Part shown: positions 1-11,906 of the stretch, piece by piece
Position numbering within the stretch: the stretch's first letter is position 1
How the letters are laid out: each line of letters begins with the position of its first letter
Origin: Patellaria atrata CBS 101060
Lineage: Eukaryota
Assembly (NCBI GenBank): GCA_010093705.1
Contig: MU006089.1
Span: 154,875 to 218,874 of the forward strand
DNA length: 64,000 bases
Direction: 5' to 3'
Program-made: the position numbers and the translations under genes
The notes under the pieces: generated by a model
Databases searched by the model: none
Told to the model about the DNA's origin: nothing
Seen by the model: only the letters and a program-made list of their open reading frames with translations

Positions 1-505
1 GCTTGGGGACGAGCATCCTTCCACGCTGACCAGCATGGCTAACCTGGCGTCGACGTACAGGAATCAGGGTGTGAGCGGCCTCTAGTAATTGTGTTCCAAC
101 TATCTAGTCCAGATGCTATCTACAATCAAGATAAAGAAGAAGAGAAGAGTCTGAAGGCAGGTTTGAGGAAAATATTACTGGCTGATCTTCGGATGCAGGG
201 CGCGCTCATACCACTAGGCTCTAGCCTGTTACACAGGGGCGGTGGAAGGAAGCTGAAGAGCTGGAGGTGCAAGTGATGGAGACGAGCTCGAGGGTGCTTG
301 GGGACGAGCATCTTCCACGCTGACCAGCATGGCCAACCTCGCATTCACGTTAAAGTGTCAGGGCTCTTTAAGCAGAGCAATTTCCTTAATAGAGGACTGC
401 TATAAGCTTCAGACGGTAGTCTTAGGGCCTCAACATCCCTATACTATATCATCTCGCGAAACCCTCACAACATGGCGGCTAGAGGCTATGGAACTTAGCA
501 TGTAG
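1..505 (+). pseudogene. 3' end of a TPR-repeat (kinesin light chain-like TPR_10/TPR_12) gene typical of fungal NLR-like NB-ARC/NACHT-TPR proteins; disrupted
   Basis: From nt 2 it reads LGDEHPSTLTSMANLASTYRNQG, then after an insertion GRWKEAEELEVQVMETSSRVLGDEH..., and ends ...VLGPQHPYTISSRETLTTWRLEAMELSM* (TAG 503-505). It is interrupted by a solo LTR (70-233), and the second repeat has a 1-bp deletion (gagcatcttcc vs gagcatccttcc). The 5' part lies outside the window. Confidence 0.85.
70..233. mobile_element. Solo LTR (164 bp) inserted in the TPR gene
   Basis: Termini are TGTGAG...TGTTACA, flanked by a 5-bp target-site duplication CAGGG (65-69 and 234-238). Removing the insert plus one TSD restores AAT CAG GGG CGG TGG (N-Q-G-R-W). 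Confidence 0.85.
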
Positions 506-751
506 ATTTTCTTTAAAGCGGCGGGCTAGACGTGATACGAAAACAGCATAGCTAAGGCAGAGCAGTTCGCTTACCAATTATCGTGAGGTGTTATATATAT
601 AAGAATGGTACATTATATTGCCACTGCCACTAGGGAGAATGGGCGAACCGTTCCAGTCACAGTATACGCTTGCAACGGCGGCGTTCTGTGCAGGTTTTCG
701 ATCTTTGTACCATGCCCTCGTCCGCTGCCATGCCCACTATGCCCAGGCCAC

Positions 752-806
752 TGTCAAGGCTCAACCTCAGATGAAAGCTGAAAGCTGAAAGGTATATTGC
801 TATATG
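752..806. mobile_element. Truncated second copy of the solo-LTR family at 1798-3915
   Basis: TGTCAAGGCTCAACCTCAGATGA..AGCTGAAAGGTATATTGCT matches the start of the element at 1798. Confidence 0.7.
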
Positions 807-875
807 TTGTCAGATATATGAATAGCTGATAGATTGAAGAATGTCGCTTGATTCTACAAACGAGAGCTGCAGAGA

Positions 876-1283
876 AACAATGGCAAAGCTTTTTTGCACA
901 AAGTTAGGCAAACAGGTGTTATTCAAGTTTTTAGCAAAAACTCAAATCTCTACCGTCAGATGGTTAATACACGCAGGAGATATAGATAGAGTAGAAGCAT
1001 AGAGTCTACAGAAGATAACAAGATGTATAGCATAGAAATGGAAATTAGAAAAGAGATGGTGAAGAGGAAGAAAGACGGTTTTCCAACAATTTCCTTTATA
1101 TGGAGATTAAACGTAATGGCTTTCCTTTACATATGAATCACCAGTGGGTAAAACTACTGAAGACTTCACTAATCATATAAGGGCCCTGAAAAGGGATTTA
1201 TGTATGTAGGGAGTTGCGCCATAGCTTGAAGGCTGCATGCGCAGTATTGTAGATAATACAATATAATGGAATAAAAAAAAAAA
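876..1283 (+). mobile_element. Tad1-like LINE 3'-end fragment, copy 1 (end of ORF2, 3' UTR, poly(A))
   Basis: Colinear with 1586-1797 plus 3916-4117. It shares the 3' UTR ...gggccctgaaaagggatttatg...gttgcgccatagcttgaaggctgcatgc... and ends in an A-run at 1273-1283. A short extra tail-like unit follows at ~1286-1313. Confidence 0.75.
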
Positions 1284-1797
1284 GGTAATACAATACAACG
1301 GAACTAAAAAAAAGGGAAGCATTATATGCGCATCTGTAGAGACCCGGTGCATTTCTCACTTAGTATACCTAAGTCCAATTCACAGAAAAAGATCCAAGCG
1401 GCCTACATCCAACTTAAGAATGGTATTGGATTCTTTAAGTCTTACTCTAAAGTGATTGGAAAAGATGAGGAAGGGAAGTCCTTTGGAAACTGCCAATCAC
1501 TTCAAACACCAACACACCTTATCTTACGTTGCTCTAACTACTCTAGAGAACGTAAAGAAATGAGAAAACTACTCAGATCAGATCTAACAATGACAAAGCT
1601 TTTTGGCACAAAGTTAGGTAAATAAGTGTTACTAAAATATATAGAAAGAACTCAAATTTCTACTGCTAGATGGCTAATGCATGCAGGAGACGTAAATAGA
1701 GTAGAAGAGTAGATTCTACAAAAGATAACTAGATGTATGGCATAGAACTGGAAACCAAGAACCGATGGAAATGAGAAAGAATAGATGCTTCTACAAT

Positions 1798-3915
1798 TGT
1801 CAAGGCTCAACCTCAGATGAGAGCTGAAAGGTATATTGCTGTATGTACATGAAGCTTAAACTTAAGGAAAGAAAATAAAAGAGAGTATCAGAACAGCGTG
1901 AGCTGTTCTAACGTGCCGCATCGGTCAGTGGCCACTATGGTTATCAGTCAGTGGCCACACCCCACTAAACCAACCGCGCTTTTTAGCTAATAGCGCTATA
2001 ACAACAAAATTGATTAAGCTAGAAATTAAGATAGAGATTCCTTAGATAGTAGTACATTGACGCCTGTTATAACTTTGGATATAGCACTTTGAGCATGTTG
2101 GTGGTGCGCGCTGGCGCGTAGTAGAGCCCTCGCTCGCCACCACCTCTGGTACCACATTATCCAGCTGCTCTACTAGCTGCTAGCCTGCCTGCGCCTGTAA
2201 AGCTCCTCCGTGAGCAATATACCTACGGCGGATATCCTGCTTCTGTCTACGGCGGTAAGATGCAGCTCGTAGCTCAGTAACCTCTCTAGTAAGGAGCGCA
2301 GTCTGAGCTAGTGCCATATGGCAGCTTTTAATAACTTGGTTAACTGCCTAGCTTGTAGGGCTCTATAAGTTGCGCTGGAGAAGCTACTTAATAAGGTGAG
2401 CCTGTTGCTCAAGCTGAGTAGTAGTATGAGGTGTCTCTGCTGTCCAGGGCTCTCCGTGTGAGGTTGATGGAGTTGATGGAGTCTTGTTAATAACCGTTAG
2501 CGATGATAGTATACGCTGTGGATCAGCTGGCACGAGGCCTATAGCCTGGAAACCACTTCTAATTGTCTGCTCTATGAACACTATAGGCCGTGCCTCTCTA
2601 TAGAGTAGTAGGAAGTCGAGCTTGTCAATATAGTGGATACCCTGCCGAGCTAGCTCCTGTACACCCTGTCCGTATACTCGCTTGAGAGGAGAGAAGCAGC
2701 TGACGTCAAGCGGCTAGAGAAGGTGTGACGTATATACAGGCATATAAAGGGTAACTATCCTATTCTCTAGATAGAAGGTGTCGAATTCTGGTGTTATATG
2801 GCTACTATGGCCGTCAACGATAAGTAATCGATAGGTACCGACTATACGCGCCCTTGTAGAGCTATTAAAGTGCTGTAGCCAGGCGAAACCAAGCTGATCA
2901 GTCGTCTAGCCATTATCACTGACTGCTAGCATCCAGTTGGTAGGTAGGTCTTGGTACCAGCTTGCCTGGTGGACCTTGCCTGCGAAGATAATAAAGGGTG
3001 GAATCGCCCATCCAGACGCGTTAATACATTCAATAGCTGTGACCCACTCGCGATTGCCTGGCTGTATAACTGCTCGCCGACCTATTGTATCTGAGCTTGT
3101 AATGACTTTTGATGTTGCTATAACCCCCATCATAAACCCAGTCTCGTCGAAATTGTACGTATCTTCATCAAGAATGCCGTATAATAGGCGCGTTACCTTA
3201 ACACGCTTAAACCACGCGTTAATTGTCTCTAGATTCTCGCACCTGGCACGCTATGAGTGGAATCGACGATTCCACTTTGTCTGTAGCTCTGGCTGAGCCT
3301 TGATAAATCGATTGACCCAGCATTTCCCGACTGGCTGGGGGGGAGTTGTCTGGCCGCGCGCAGCTAGTAGATGATCTGCCATCCGCCGTACGTCGATTAT
3401 CTATGGTGGAAATCCGCGTCGGTCGAGCTCTAGTATCCACTGTACTAGAGACTGCTCCTCTAGTTGGTGTAGCTTTCGTTTCTGGGCATTGGTCGTAGCT
3501 TAGGGGAGGATACCATGGACGCGTCGGCGTAGCGTGGTTCGGGGGACGTTATATACTGCTGCAGCCTTTTTATAGCTTAAAATTTGCTTATTCTGAATTG
3601 CCTGCTTTGATAGAGCTAGACTACCTTCCTTCTGGAGCTGCTGGGCGCTGTGTTGTAGTGGCATCGCGGGTTTGGTGGAAGACGTGTCGCGATTTTGGTG
3701 GGGTGTGGCCACTGACTGATAGTGGCCACTGACCGATGCGGCACGTTATTAAAGTACAACATGACTAAGCTACTGGATCATGCATGGAGCTTAAATTTAA
3801 GGAAAGAAAGTAAGAGAAAGTGCCAGAACAGCGTAAGCTGTTCTATTAAAGTATAGCATAGCTAAGCCGCTGGATCATCCAAGGCACTTATACCTATCGG
3901 GTCTAACCCGTGACA
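1798..3915. mobile_element. Solo LTR (~280 bp once the Fot1 insert is removed) in the LINE 3' UTR
   Basis: Perfect TGTCA...TGACA termini and a 5-bp TSD ACAAT (1793-1797, 3916-3920). LINE copy 1 has the empty site (caacaatttcctttata). The element contains an internal ~95-bp diverged tandem duplication. Confidence 0.85.
1911..3746 (-). mobile_element. Full-length Fot1/pogo (Tc1-mariner superfamily) DNA transposon with an inactivated transposase (~3664 to 2042)
   Basis: TIRs ACGTGCCGCATCGGTCAGTGGCCACT... at both ends, TA TSD (1909-10, 3747-48), length 1836 bp. The protein shows an HTH (AAAVYNVPRTTLRRR), YNFDETGF, the DDE region and a decayed C-terminal knuckle (CSKCYIQSYNRRQC), with many in-frame TAG/TAA stops. 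Confidence 0.93.
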
Positions 3916-4117
3916 ACAATTTCCTTTATATGGATTTTAGAGGTCTTAGCTTTCCTTTGTAAATAATATTAGTGGACTAAGCCACTAGAGACTTCACTAA
4001 GCATATGAGGGCCCTGAAAAGGGATTTATGTATATAGGAAGTTGCGCCATAGCTTGAAGGCTGCATGCTCAGTATTGTAGATAATGCAATACAATGGAAT
4101 TAAAAAAAAAAAAAAAA

Positions 4118-5164
4118 GAAAAGAGAGATACATCAAGGGGTTGGAGCCTGTGGGTGGAATGAGCGGGGAAGTTTGCGAGTATAATACGATGATTGATACA
4201 ATAGTTGATAAATGGAAGAGTTAGGTGAGATCCGTGGCCATCAACGAGTAGTAATCTCCAGTCACGCCCGTTTCTAGCTTTTTGCTTTTGTCTGAGGCTC
4301 AAAAACGTTGGTTAACCACTCTATTCCAAGCTGATTATTTGTCCAGCCAGTGGGGGAGGAAGCAAAAGAACACTCGTCAACCAGGGGCTTATAATCTTGG
4401 AACCACGTATCTTGAAGATCTCCCGATACGGCTTCATAGATCAGGGCAAGTGGAAGGGCAGTTCCGTCAGCACATATAGTAGCAACGAGTGTAATCCACT
4501 CTCTGCTACCGTCTTGAATAACGTGCTTTAACCTCCCTGATTCCCACGATGCTTTTGAGAAATATCTCCACTGTTTTCCTAAAACTCCGATCATGAAGCC
4601 CTTCTCGTCCATATTATAGAAGTTGTGTTTTTGGATACTGTATTGCTTAATCATCGCGCTTAAGATGTTATAGAATGCATTCCAGTGCTTTTCTGACTCA
4701 GCTGACTTTCGTACGACGTCTATGGGGGTCAAATAGGCCGATTTTTATTAAAGCCCCAAGGTTGCCTTGGATCCAGCGGCTTGGCCATGAAAGTGACGGT
4801 AGCTTGCCTGCTATTTCGCCTGCGCAGATTCGTACCATTGCTGGAGTAGGCGCTAGACCACGGATAGAAACGTTATTTATATAATTGACGAGAAGCCTGC
4901 TCTAGATATTATTAAGAAATTGCTGATTTCCGTATGCGGTATCCCTAGACTGTGTTTTATTCCTATAGCGCCTTGACAGCGTGGTACGATTAACTCCATA
5001 TTCTTTAGCAATCCGAGTAATATTTGGATCATCTGAGATACGTAATGCAGCAAGCGCCTCGTCAATTGGAGCCATATTGGTGGAGATATTTAATTTTGAA
5101 GTAACCATATAGCTTTGTGGGAATGCCGTGCAACAGCCGATCCGTGCACGACACCGCACAGACT
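4118..5164 (-). mobile_element. Second pogo/Fot1-family transposon, 3'-truncated and degenerate
   Basis: MAPIDEALAALR...AKEYGVNRTTLSRRY (ATG 5075), FYNMDEKGF, REWITLVATICADG, GWTN, RLLLVDGHGSH, HSTHRLQPLDVSLF, cut at the LINE poly(A). A putative 5' TIR AGTCTGTGCGGTGTCGTGCACGG ends near 5164; the flanking TA is not intact. Confidence 0.88.
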
Positions 5165-5339
5165 TCTAAAGCTACATCAAGAAACATAAAAATGCGATGA
5201 TTCTAGCGGGGGTGTTGTGTGCGATGATGTGGTGTAGCAAAGAGGTCACGATGTTTCGAAAGTCACAGTAGCTCTGAAAATCTCCAACACGAACTCCTGG
5301 AGATCCTGACGATCTTCCAACATAAGGCTATCGGGGATC

Positions 5340-7144
5340 AGCCGGGTGATTATTACCAAGACTCGTTCCATGTCCACTGATTCTATGATCCCTTGGGAAC
5401 TTTGGCCGGAAATTGTGGCAGCAGCGGTGTTTATTAACAATCGGACACCTCATCGATCGCTTTACTGGAAGACACCCTTTCAAGTAGTAACAGGGCGAAA
5501 ACCGAATATATCTCACCTTAAAACATATGGTTGCCGAGCATACGTCCTAGATAAGCACATTCCACGTCTCTAAAAGCTCCAACCTAGAGCAATGATTGGA
5601 TATCTTGTAGGCTACGATTCCACAAACATCTACAAGATCTGGGTTCCTAGTAGGAAACAAGTGTTTCGTTCTAGAGATGTCACATTTGACGAAGAAAAAT
5701 TCTATGTTCCAGGCGAGTTAGATTTTGGCCACGTACTGCGAGAAAAGGCTGAGGAGATTATTATTATGCTTGAAGCACCCTATTCGATTACTCGGATTCA
5801 AAAAGTTGACGAACCTATGCTCCTTGAAGATATCGTGGACCCTGAGGCGACTCAAGCTTACAATCTGAAGCAAATGGGGCAAATAGCAGTTGGCAATACT
5901 AAAGATAGAAGGGTGGACCTGTCCGGAACATTCCCTACCCCTCCTCCAGATACACCTTCAATCTCAGAACAAGCACAGCCGCCAGCTAGGACAGCTAGAA
6001 ATGCAGACGAAGCGCAAGAAACGGGGTCCAGTGCTCCTATGCTGACAGTAAAGGGTTCAGCTGGTGCTACGGAAGACCCCGGGGCCGCGCCGCCCAGCTT
6101 CACACTCTCAGGTCATCCATGGCAGAGGCAATCGTCGTCTTTGGGGACTGACGAAGAAGGAGAGGTAATAGATGTGGAAAGCGGGCAAGATAAACCCACC
6201 CAGGAAGAGTTAGTGGAGTAGTATATTTAAAGCGAGCTCTATACCAGCCAGAATAGGGGTCCAGGGGTAAACACCCGTCGGAATCGGGCCCCACGGGCCA
6301 CAGAGATTTCCTCCCAGATGGCCGAAACTAACGTACTCCCAGAGGGCTCAAGACGGGCCCGAAAACCACGCAAATGCGACGATTCAGCTGTATTCCATAC
6401 TCAGCATATAGCAAAACAGTTGTTAGACCTGAAACCGGCTCATCAAGACGATCTGCCAAACCCACCCAAATACTACAAGGACGTTTTGAAGCACCCCTAT
6501 AGGGCTTAGTTCCTCGCCGCTATGGAGCTAGAGATGTCAGCGCTTCAAAGCCGTGGCACGTACGAGCCAGTCAGCTCGTAGGATAGTAATAGTACTAAGC
6601 AGATAGTGCTACTCATCTGGGTGTTCACGTACAAAACTAACGCAGAGGGATTCCTGACGAAGACAAACGCACGACTTTGTATTAGAGGCGGTTTACACGA
6701 AACAGAACTCGACACTTACATAGCTACCCTCGCCGTCCGTACAATCAGGGCCATACTAATCATAGCAGCCGCTTCTGGTCTCGAAGCTGTACAGCTAGAC
6801 GCAGCCAATGCCTTTGTCAACAGTGATCTAGACGAAGAAGTATACTGCAGATATCCGGACGGGTTCCACAAACCGGGGCTTGCCATGAAGCTTCGCAAAG
6901 CGTTATACGGACTGAAGAGATCGCCCAAGCTCTGGTATCAGTTATTTTCGAAAACACTATAAGAGCTAGGGATAATGCCGGTTCCTAGTGTCAATTGCTT
7001 ATTTACGGATGGTACATTATCAGTGTTTTTCTACGTGGACGACATGGCGCTATTAGCACGTTCTCGGTTTGCAACGAAGCTCCAAGAGTTTAAAAACAAG
7101 GTGATGGGAAAGTTTCCAATGCGAGATCTTAGAGATCTCCAGTA
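5340..7144 (+). mobile_element. Ty1/Copia pol fragment (integrase C-terminus to RT), inverted relative to the adjacent element
   Basis: LWPEIVAAAVFINNRTP, GCRAY, GYLVGY..NIYKIW..SRDVTFDE, QLDAANAFVN, LRKALYGLKRSP and FYVDD, with several stops. Confidence 0.92.
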
Positions 7145-9336
7145 GGCTTCCATTCTACGTTTATCCGGTCATGCTAAACCTCTTGCCTCAGCCAGAGGTG
7201 GTAGATATCCACGTACCGGAGCTTTGTTGATTGAGGATCAGGTGCCTTCAAGAGGCGTATCGTCTATTGATTGTCACACCATATCGAGCTCCGGTGTTCG
7301 GGATCAAATCCAACCGATTCAAAGAACCGATTCCATACTACCATCTCTCTGGTAGCGAAGCTCAGAGCCAGTAGCTCGGCTTTAGTGCTTGAGGTGGGGA
7401 CTATCTTCTACTTTGAAGCCTACTAGTCAATTGGGCCACCGAAAAGTGAGAATAGGAACCCCTGAGAGCTCCGTCTATTAGGGTTATCTGCAAATATTGC
7501 ATCAGAAGAGCTTGTAAACACCCTTCCAGTCGACGTTCCGTCGTACTGAATTGCAAGGTGCTTGTGGTGCTTCAGATAAGCTAACACCTGATTTGCACCC
7601 TTAAGGTTTTCGCTTAACGGATTCCTAAGAAATTCCACCAGTTTGCTGTGGGCTTTGGCGATGTCGGGTCTGGTTATATTGCTTAGCCAGCTGATAGAGC
7701 CGACCCGAGTGTTGTATACCGATATTCCGCTTGGTGGTGCCTCGTCCGACACGTTCTAAACGAACTCTTCGGTGAGAAGGGGTGTATGCCTCGCACGATA
7801 GTTCTGAAGCTCAAATCTGTTGACAATCTTGTCGATATAGGCGTCTTGACACAACCATATGGATTTCAAATTTGGCCTTTTGCGTATGATACGTATGCCC
7901 AAAAAATACTGGAGATCTCCAAGATCTCGCATTGGAAACTTTCCCATCACCTTGTCTTTAAACTCTTGGAGCTTCGTTGCAAACCGAGAACGTGCTAATA
8001 GCGCCATGTCGTCCACGTAGAAAAACACTGATAATGTACCATCCGTAAATAAGCAATTGACACCAGGAACCGGCATCATCCCCAGCTCTTACAGTGTTTT
8101 CGAAAACAACTGATACCAGAGCTTGGGCGATCTCTTCAGTCCGTATAACGCTTTGCGAAGCTTCATGGCAAGCCCCGGTTTATGGAACCCGTCCGGATAT
8201 CTGCAGTATACTTCTTCGTCTAGATCACTGTTGACAAAGGCATTGGCTGCGTCTAGCTGTACAGCTTCGAGACCAGAAGCGGCTGCTATAATTAGTATAG
8301 CCCTGATTGTACGGACGGCGAGGGTAGCTATGTAAGTGTCGAGTTCTGTTTCGTGTAAACCGCCTCTAATATAAAGTCGTGCGTTTGTCTTCGTCAGGAA
8401 TCCCTCTGCGTTAGTTTTGTACGTGAACACCCAGATGAGTAGCACTATCTGCTTAGTACTATTACTATCCTACGAGCTGACTGGCTCGTACGTGCCACGG
8501 CTTTGAAGCGCTGACATCTCTAGCTCCATAGCGGCGAGGAACTAAGCCCTATAGGGGTGCTTCAAAACGTCCTTGTAGTATTTGGGTGGGGTTGGCAGAT
8601 CGTCTTGATGAGCCGGTTTCAGGTCTAACAACTGTTTTGCTATATGCTGAGTATGGAATACAGCTGAATCGTCGCATTTGCGTGGTTTTCGGGCCCGTCT
8701 TGAGCCCTCTGGGAGTACGTTAGTTTCGGCCATCTGGGAGGAAATCTCTGTGGCCCGTGGGGCCCGATTCCGACGGGTGTTTACCCCTGGACCCCTATTC
8801 TGGCTGGTATAGAGCTCGCTTTAAATATACTACTCCACTAACTCTTCCTGGGTGGGTTTATCTTGCCCGCTTTCCACATCTATTACCTCTCCTTCTTCGT
8901 CAGTCCCCAAAGACGACGATTGCCTCTGCCATGGATGACCTGAGAGTGTGAAGCTGGGCGGCGCGGCCCCGGGGTCTTCCGTAGCACCAGCTGAACCCTT
9001 TACTGTCAGCATAGGAGCACTGGACCCCGTTTCTTGCGCTTCGTCTGCATTTCTAGCTGTCCTAGCTGGCGGCTGTGCTTGTTCTGAGATTGAAGGTGTA
9101 TCTGGAGGAGGGGTAGGGAATGTTCCGGACAGGTCCACCCTTCTATCTTTAGTATTGCCAACTGCTATTTGCCCCATTTGCTTCAGATTGTAAGCTTGAG
9201 TCGCCTCAGGGTCCACGATATCTTCAAGGAGCATAGGTTCGTCAACTTTTTGAATCCGAGTAATCGAATAGGGTGCTTCAAGCATAATAATAATCTCCTC
9301 AGCCTTTTCTCGCAGTACGTGGCCAAAATCTAACTC
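5715..9336. repeat. Long inverted repeat: arms 5715-7144 and 7907-9336 (1430 bp each, ~99% identical by eye), spacer 762 bp
   Basis: Identical or near-identical ORFs appear on opposite strands in the ORF track (6318-6509+ vs 8542-8733-; 6606-6962+ vs 8089-8445-). Arm ends were mapped at GAGTTAGATTTTGGCC and GATCTCCAGTA. Confidence 0.95.
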
Positions 9337-11895
9337 TCCTAGTTCATAGAAGTGATCTTCGTCGAATTTGACATCTCTTGACCTGAAAACCCTCTTTCTG
9401 CTGGGAACCCAGATCTTGTAGATGTTTGTGGAACGGTATCCGACGAGATAGCCAATTAAAGCTTTTGGTTGGAGCTTTTGTAAGCGTGGAATATGCTTGT
9501 CGAGTACATATGCCCTACAGCCGTACGTTTTGAGATGGCCAACGTCCGGCTTTCTTCCTGTCACAAGCTCAAAAAGAGTTTTCCAGTTGAGCGCTCGATG
9601 GGGAGTCCGGTTGCTTATGTACGCCACTGCTGCCACCACTTCTGGCCATAATTCCCACAGAATCAACGCATCCGTTGTCAACGTACGTGCCTTAGTTAGT
9701 ATAACCCTTTCAGAGCATTTAGCACCACTGTTTTGGCCCGGTGTATCTGGAGCTGAAGGCCCTACAACCGTTCCGGTCTCGTCTAACAGCTGTTGGTGTG
9801 TTTTTCCGAAGGACGTTTCGTTGTCACTATGGAATGTCTGAACTTTCTTTCCGAATTGAGTTTCCGTCCGTTTGAAGTACTTTCTGTTGCTTATATTCGC
9901 AACTTGCTTTGGACGTTTCTAGATCAATCCAGAAGGAGTAGATGGCCGTTGTTAGCCAGGAGGGAAAGATGATGTCAAAGGACACTCTTTGTAAGATACG
10001 TATTGCCGGATTCTCCAGCCCGCGTGGTCGTCTGCTTACAAATTCAGTTGCTTTTGAGACAGCACAGGCTTCACACTCAATAGTAGATGCACTCGACTAT
10101 CTATTTCAGCTCCGACCACTCCGGTTGCCAAATGCTGAATTGCTTCTGGATCAGCGTGGCCCATGATGCGGTGCCAAAATCGCGTTGTAGCACTGATTGG
10201 AGGTCTCGGATCCGTGGACTTGTAAGCCACAAGGATAGATCCGGTGGACTTCTTGACTTCTGCATAGCTCAGCAGATAGTAATCGCCCTTTTCCAGGACT
10301 TTGCACACCTCAGTGCAGTCGCTGAACTCAAGAAGGCCGTTCTGATGATTCTAGAAGATCCCCTTTTTTTTCAACTGCTTAAGGCCGACGACGGAGGTAC
10401 TGAACTCCGGACAAAGATATACTTCTGTTAACTGGAGATTCCGTTTTCCCACGGGACCGTCTACTTCTACAGTTCACCTACCTTTCGCTAAGAGTTGGTA
10501 TATCCCCCTTCCAGCCTGAATCCACCGTTCCGTACAATAACTTTCGATGATAAGCAGACATTGAGGCTAGATCCAGAATCCAAAAGAACGGAGTCGTGGA
10601 GCCAATAATTGCTATCTAACTCGAGAGTTGATAGAACTGATCCTACCGGGCCTGAAGCGATTCCTCCGACGAACGCAATAACATCCTCCTGCTTAGAGCC
10701 GGTTTTGTCGGTTTTGTCGGATTTGCCAGCTTTCTCAGCTCTTGCCTTAACTCGTCGGATAGCTGATTGGCCGAATAGACTAAGCTCTAGAATCTTCGTG
10801 TCTACCATTTTCTGCGTTGCTTCCGAATATCCCTTCGTCTTTAGCACCTTAGGATTGATATACTAACAGTTAGACCAGAGGTGTTCCTTTCCGCACGGGC
10901 AAGTCCCCATATTGTCCGGTTTGGATGACTTCTTGTCCGACGAAACTGACGTTTAGGTGGTTGTTTCGGTGGTGGATTTGCCTTGGAAGGTCGCCATAAC
11001 ACTTCCGGTTGGTTCTTTGAGGAGCTGTGCTTGGTGGAAGTTCCGGAAATGGGAGATCATATCAGAAACCTCGACTTTAACTCCAGCGAATAACTTTTCA
11101 TCCACGCTCACGGTTTTTGACATTGCCCACTGTGGATAAGCTTTTGAAATACAGCTTAGCACGTCTCTGATCAGCTGCTCTCCACTGAGCTCGGTCACTC
11201 TATACAACACGCATCTGTCGTAGAGATTCGAAAAGGTCGTACACCAGGTCTCTATATTCGTCTTTTCGGCCGTACGGAGATGATACTTATATCGGTTGTA
11301 AGCTTCATCCCTTACCGTCCAATCTGTGAGCTGAAAACGGTCTTTTAGCTTCTTGAGCAACGAGAAGGGCTCTTTCGTTTCTTCGCTTAGGGGTAGATTG
11401 TCTGCAGGTACTGTATTAACAATCAACGTGAACAGATCTTAGCTCTCTTCTAGTCTTGCTCCTATGCAATTGCTCTATGGGCGTTGTAGAACAGTGCTAT
11501 CGTCTGGCTCGTCTCTCCGTCTGGCGCCTTTCCACTGGTAATCCAGTCGGATATGTATTTTGGCGTCTCTTCCCCTGATGATAATACCGGCTTTGTTGGG
11601 AGATCCGGATCACAATACTTCCATATCTGGTCGAACTCGGCTTTTCCTCTGATGACTAAGAACCAGGCTTGCCCAGTCGGAGGCATCTCTCAAAAAGATG
11701 GATGATGTCGTAGAAGACGAGAAGTTTATTGAAGTCGACATAACTAATTGATAGCACAAGAGATTTTGAGGTTGATAAACAACGGTGAAGACAGTTCAAC
11801 TGTTCCTCAAAAGACACGAGTATAACGGATCAAAAGAAGAGTATAACCAGATTAGATTTAAGTAAGTTGTACGGCTTCAAAATAGCACAAAGGCC

Positions 11896-11906
11896 GGGCT
11901 CATAAC
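11896..11906 (-). other. Primer-binding site GTTATGAGCCC (half-tRNA-iMet type)
   Basis: Directly abuts the LTR end and matches the GGTTATG(A/G)GCCC type of PBS known from Ty5 and Drosophila copia. Confidence 0.7.

Larger units (their letters stand above)
1326..4117 (+). mobile_element. 5'-truncated Tad1-like LINE, copy 2, interrupted by a solo LTR and a Fot1 element
   Basis: ORF 1326-1625 (…YIQLKNGIGFFKSY…GNCQSLQTPTHLILRC…) resembles the C-terminal Cys/His region of fungal LINE ORF2. The 3' UTR resumes at 3916 and ends in poly(A) at 4102-4117. Confidence 0.75.
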
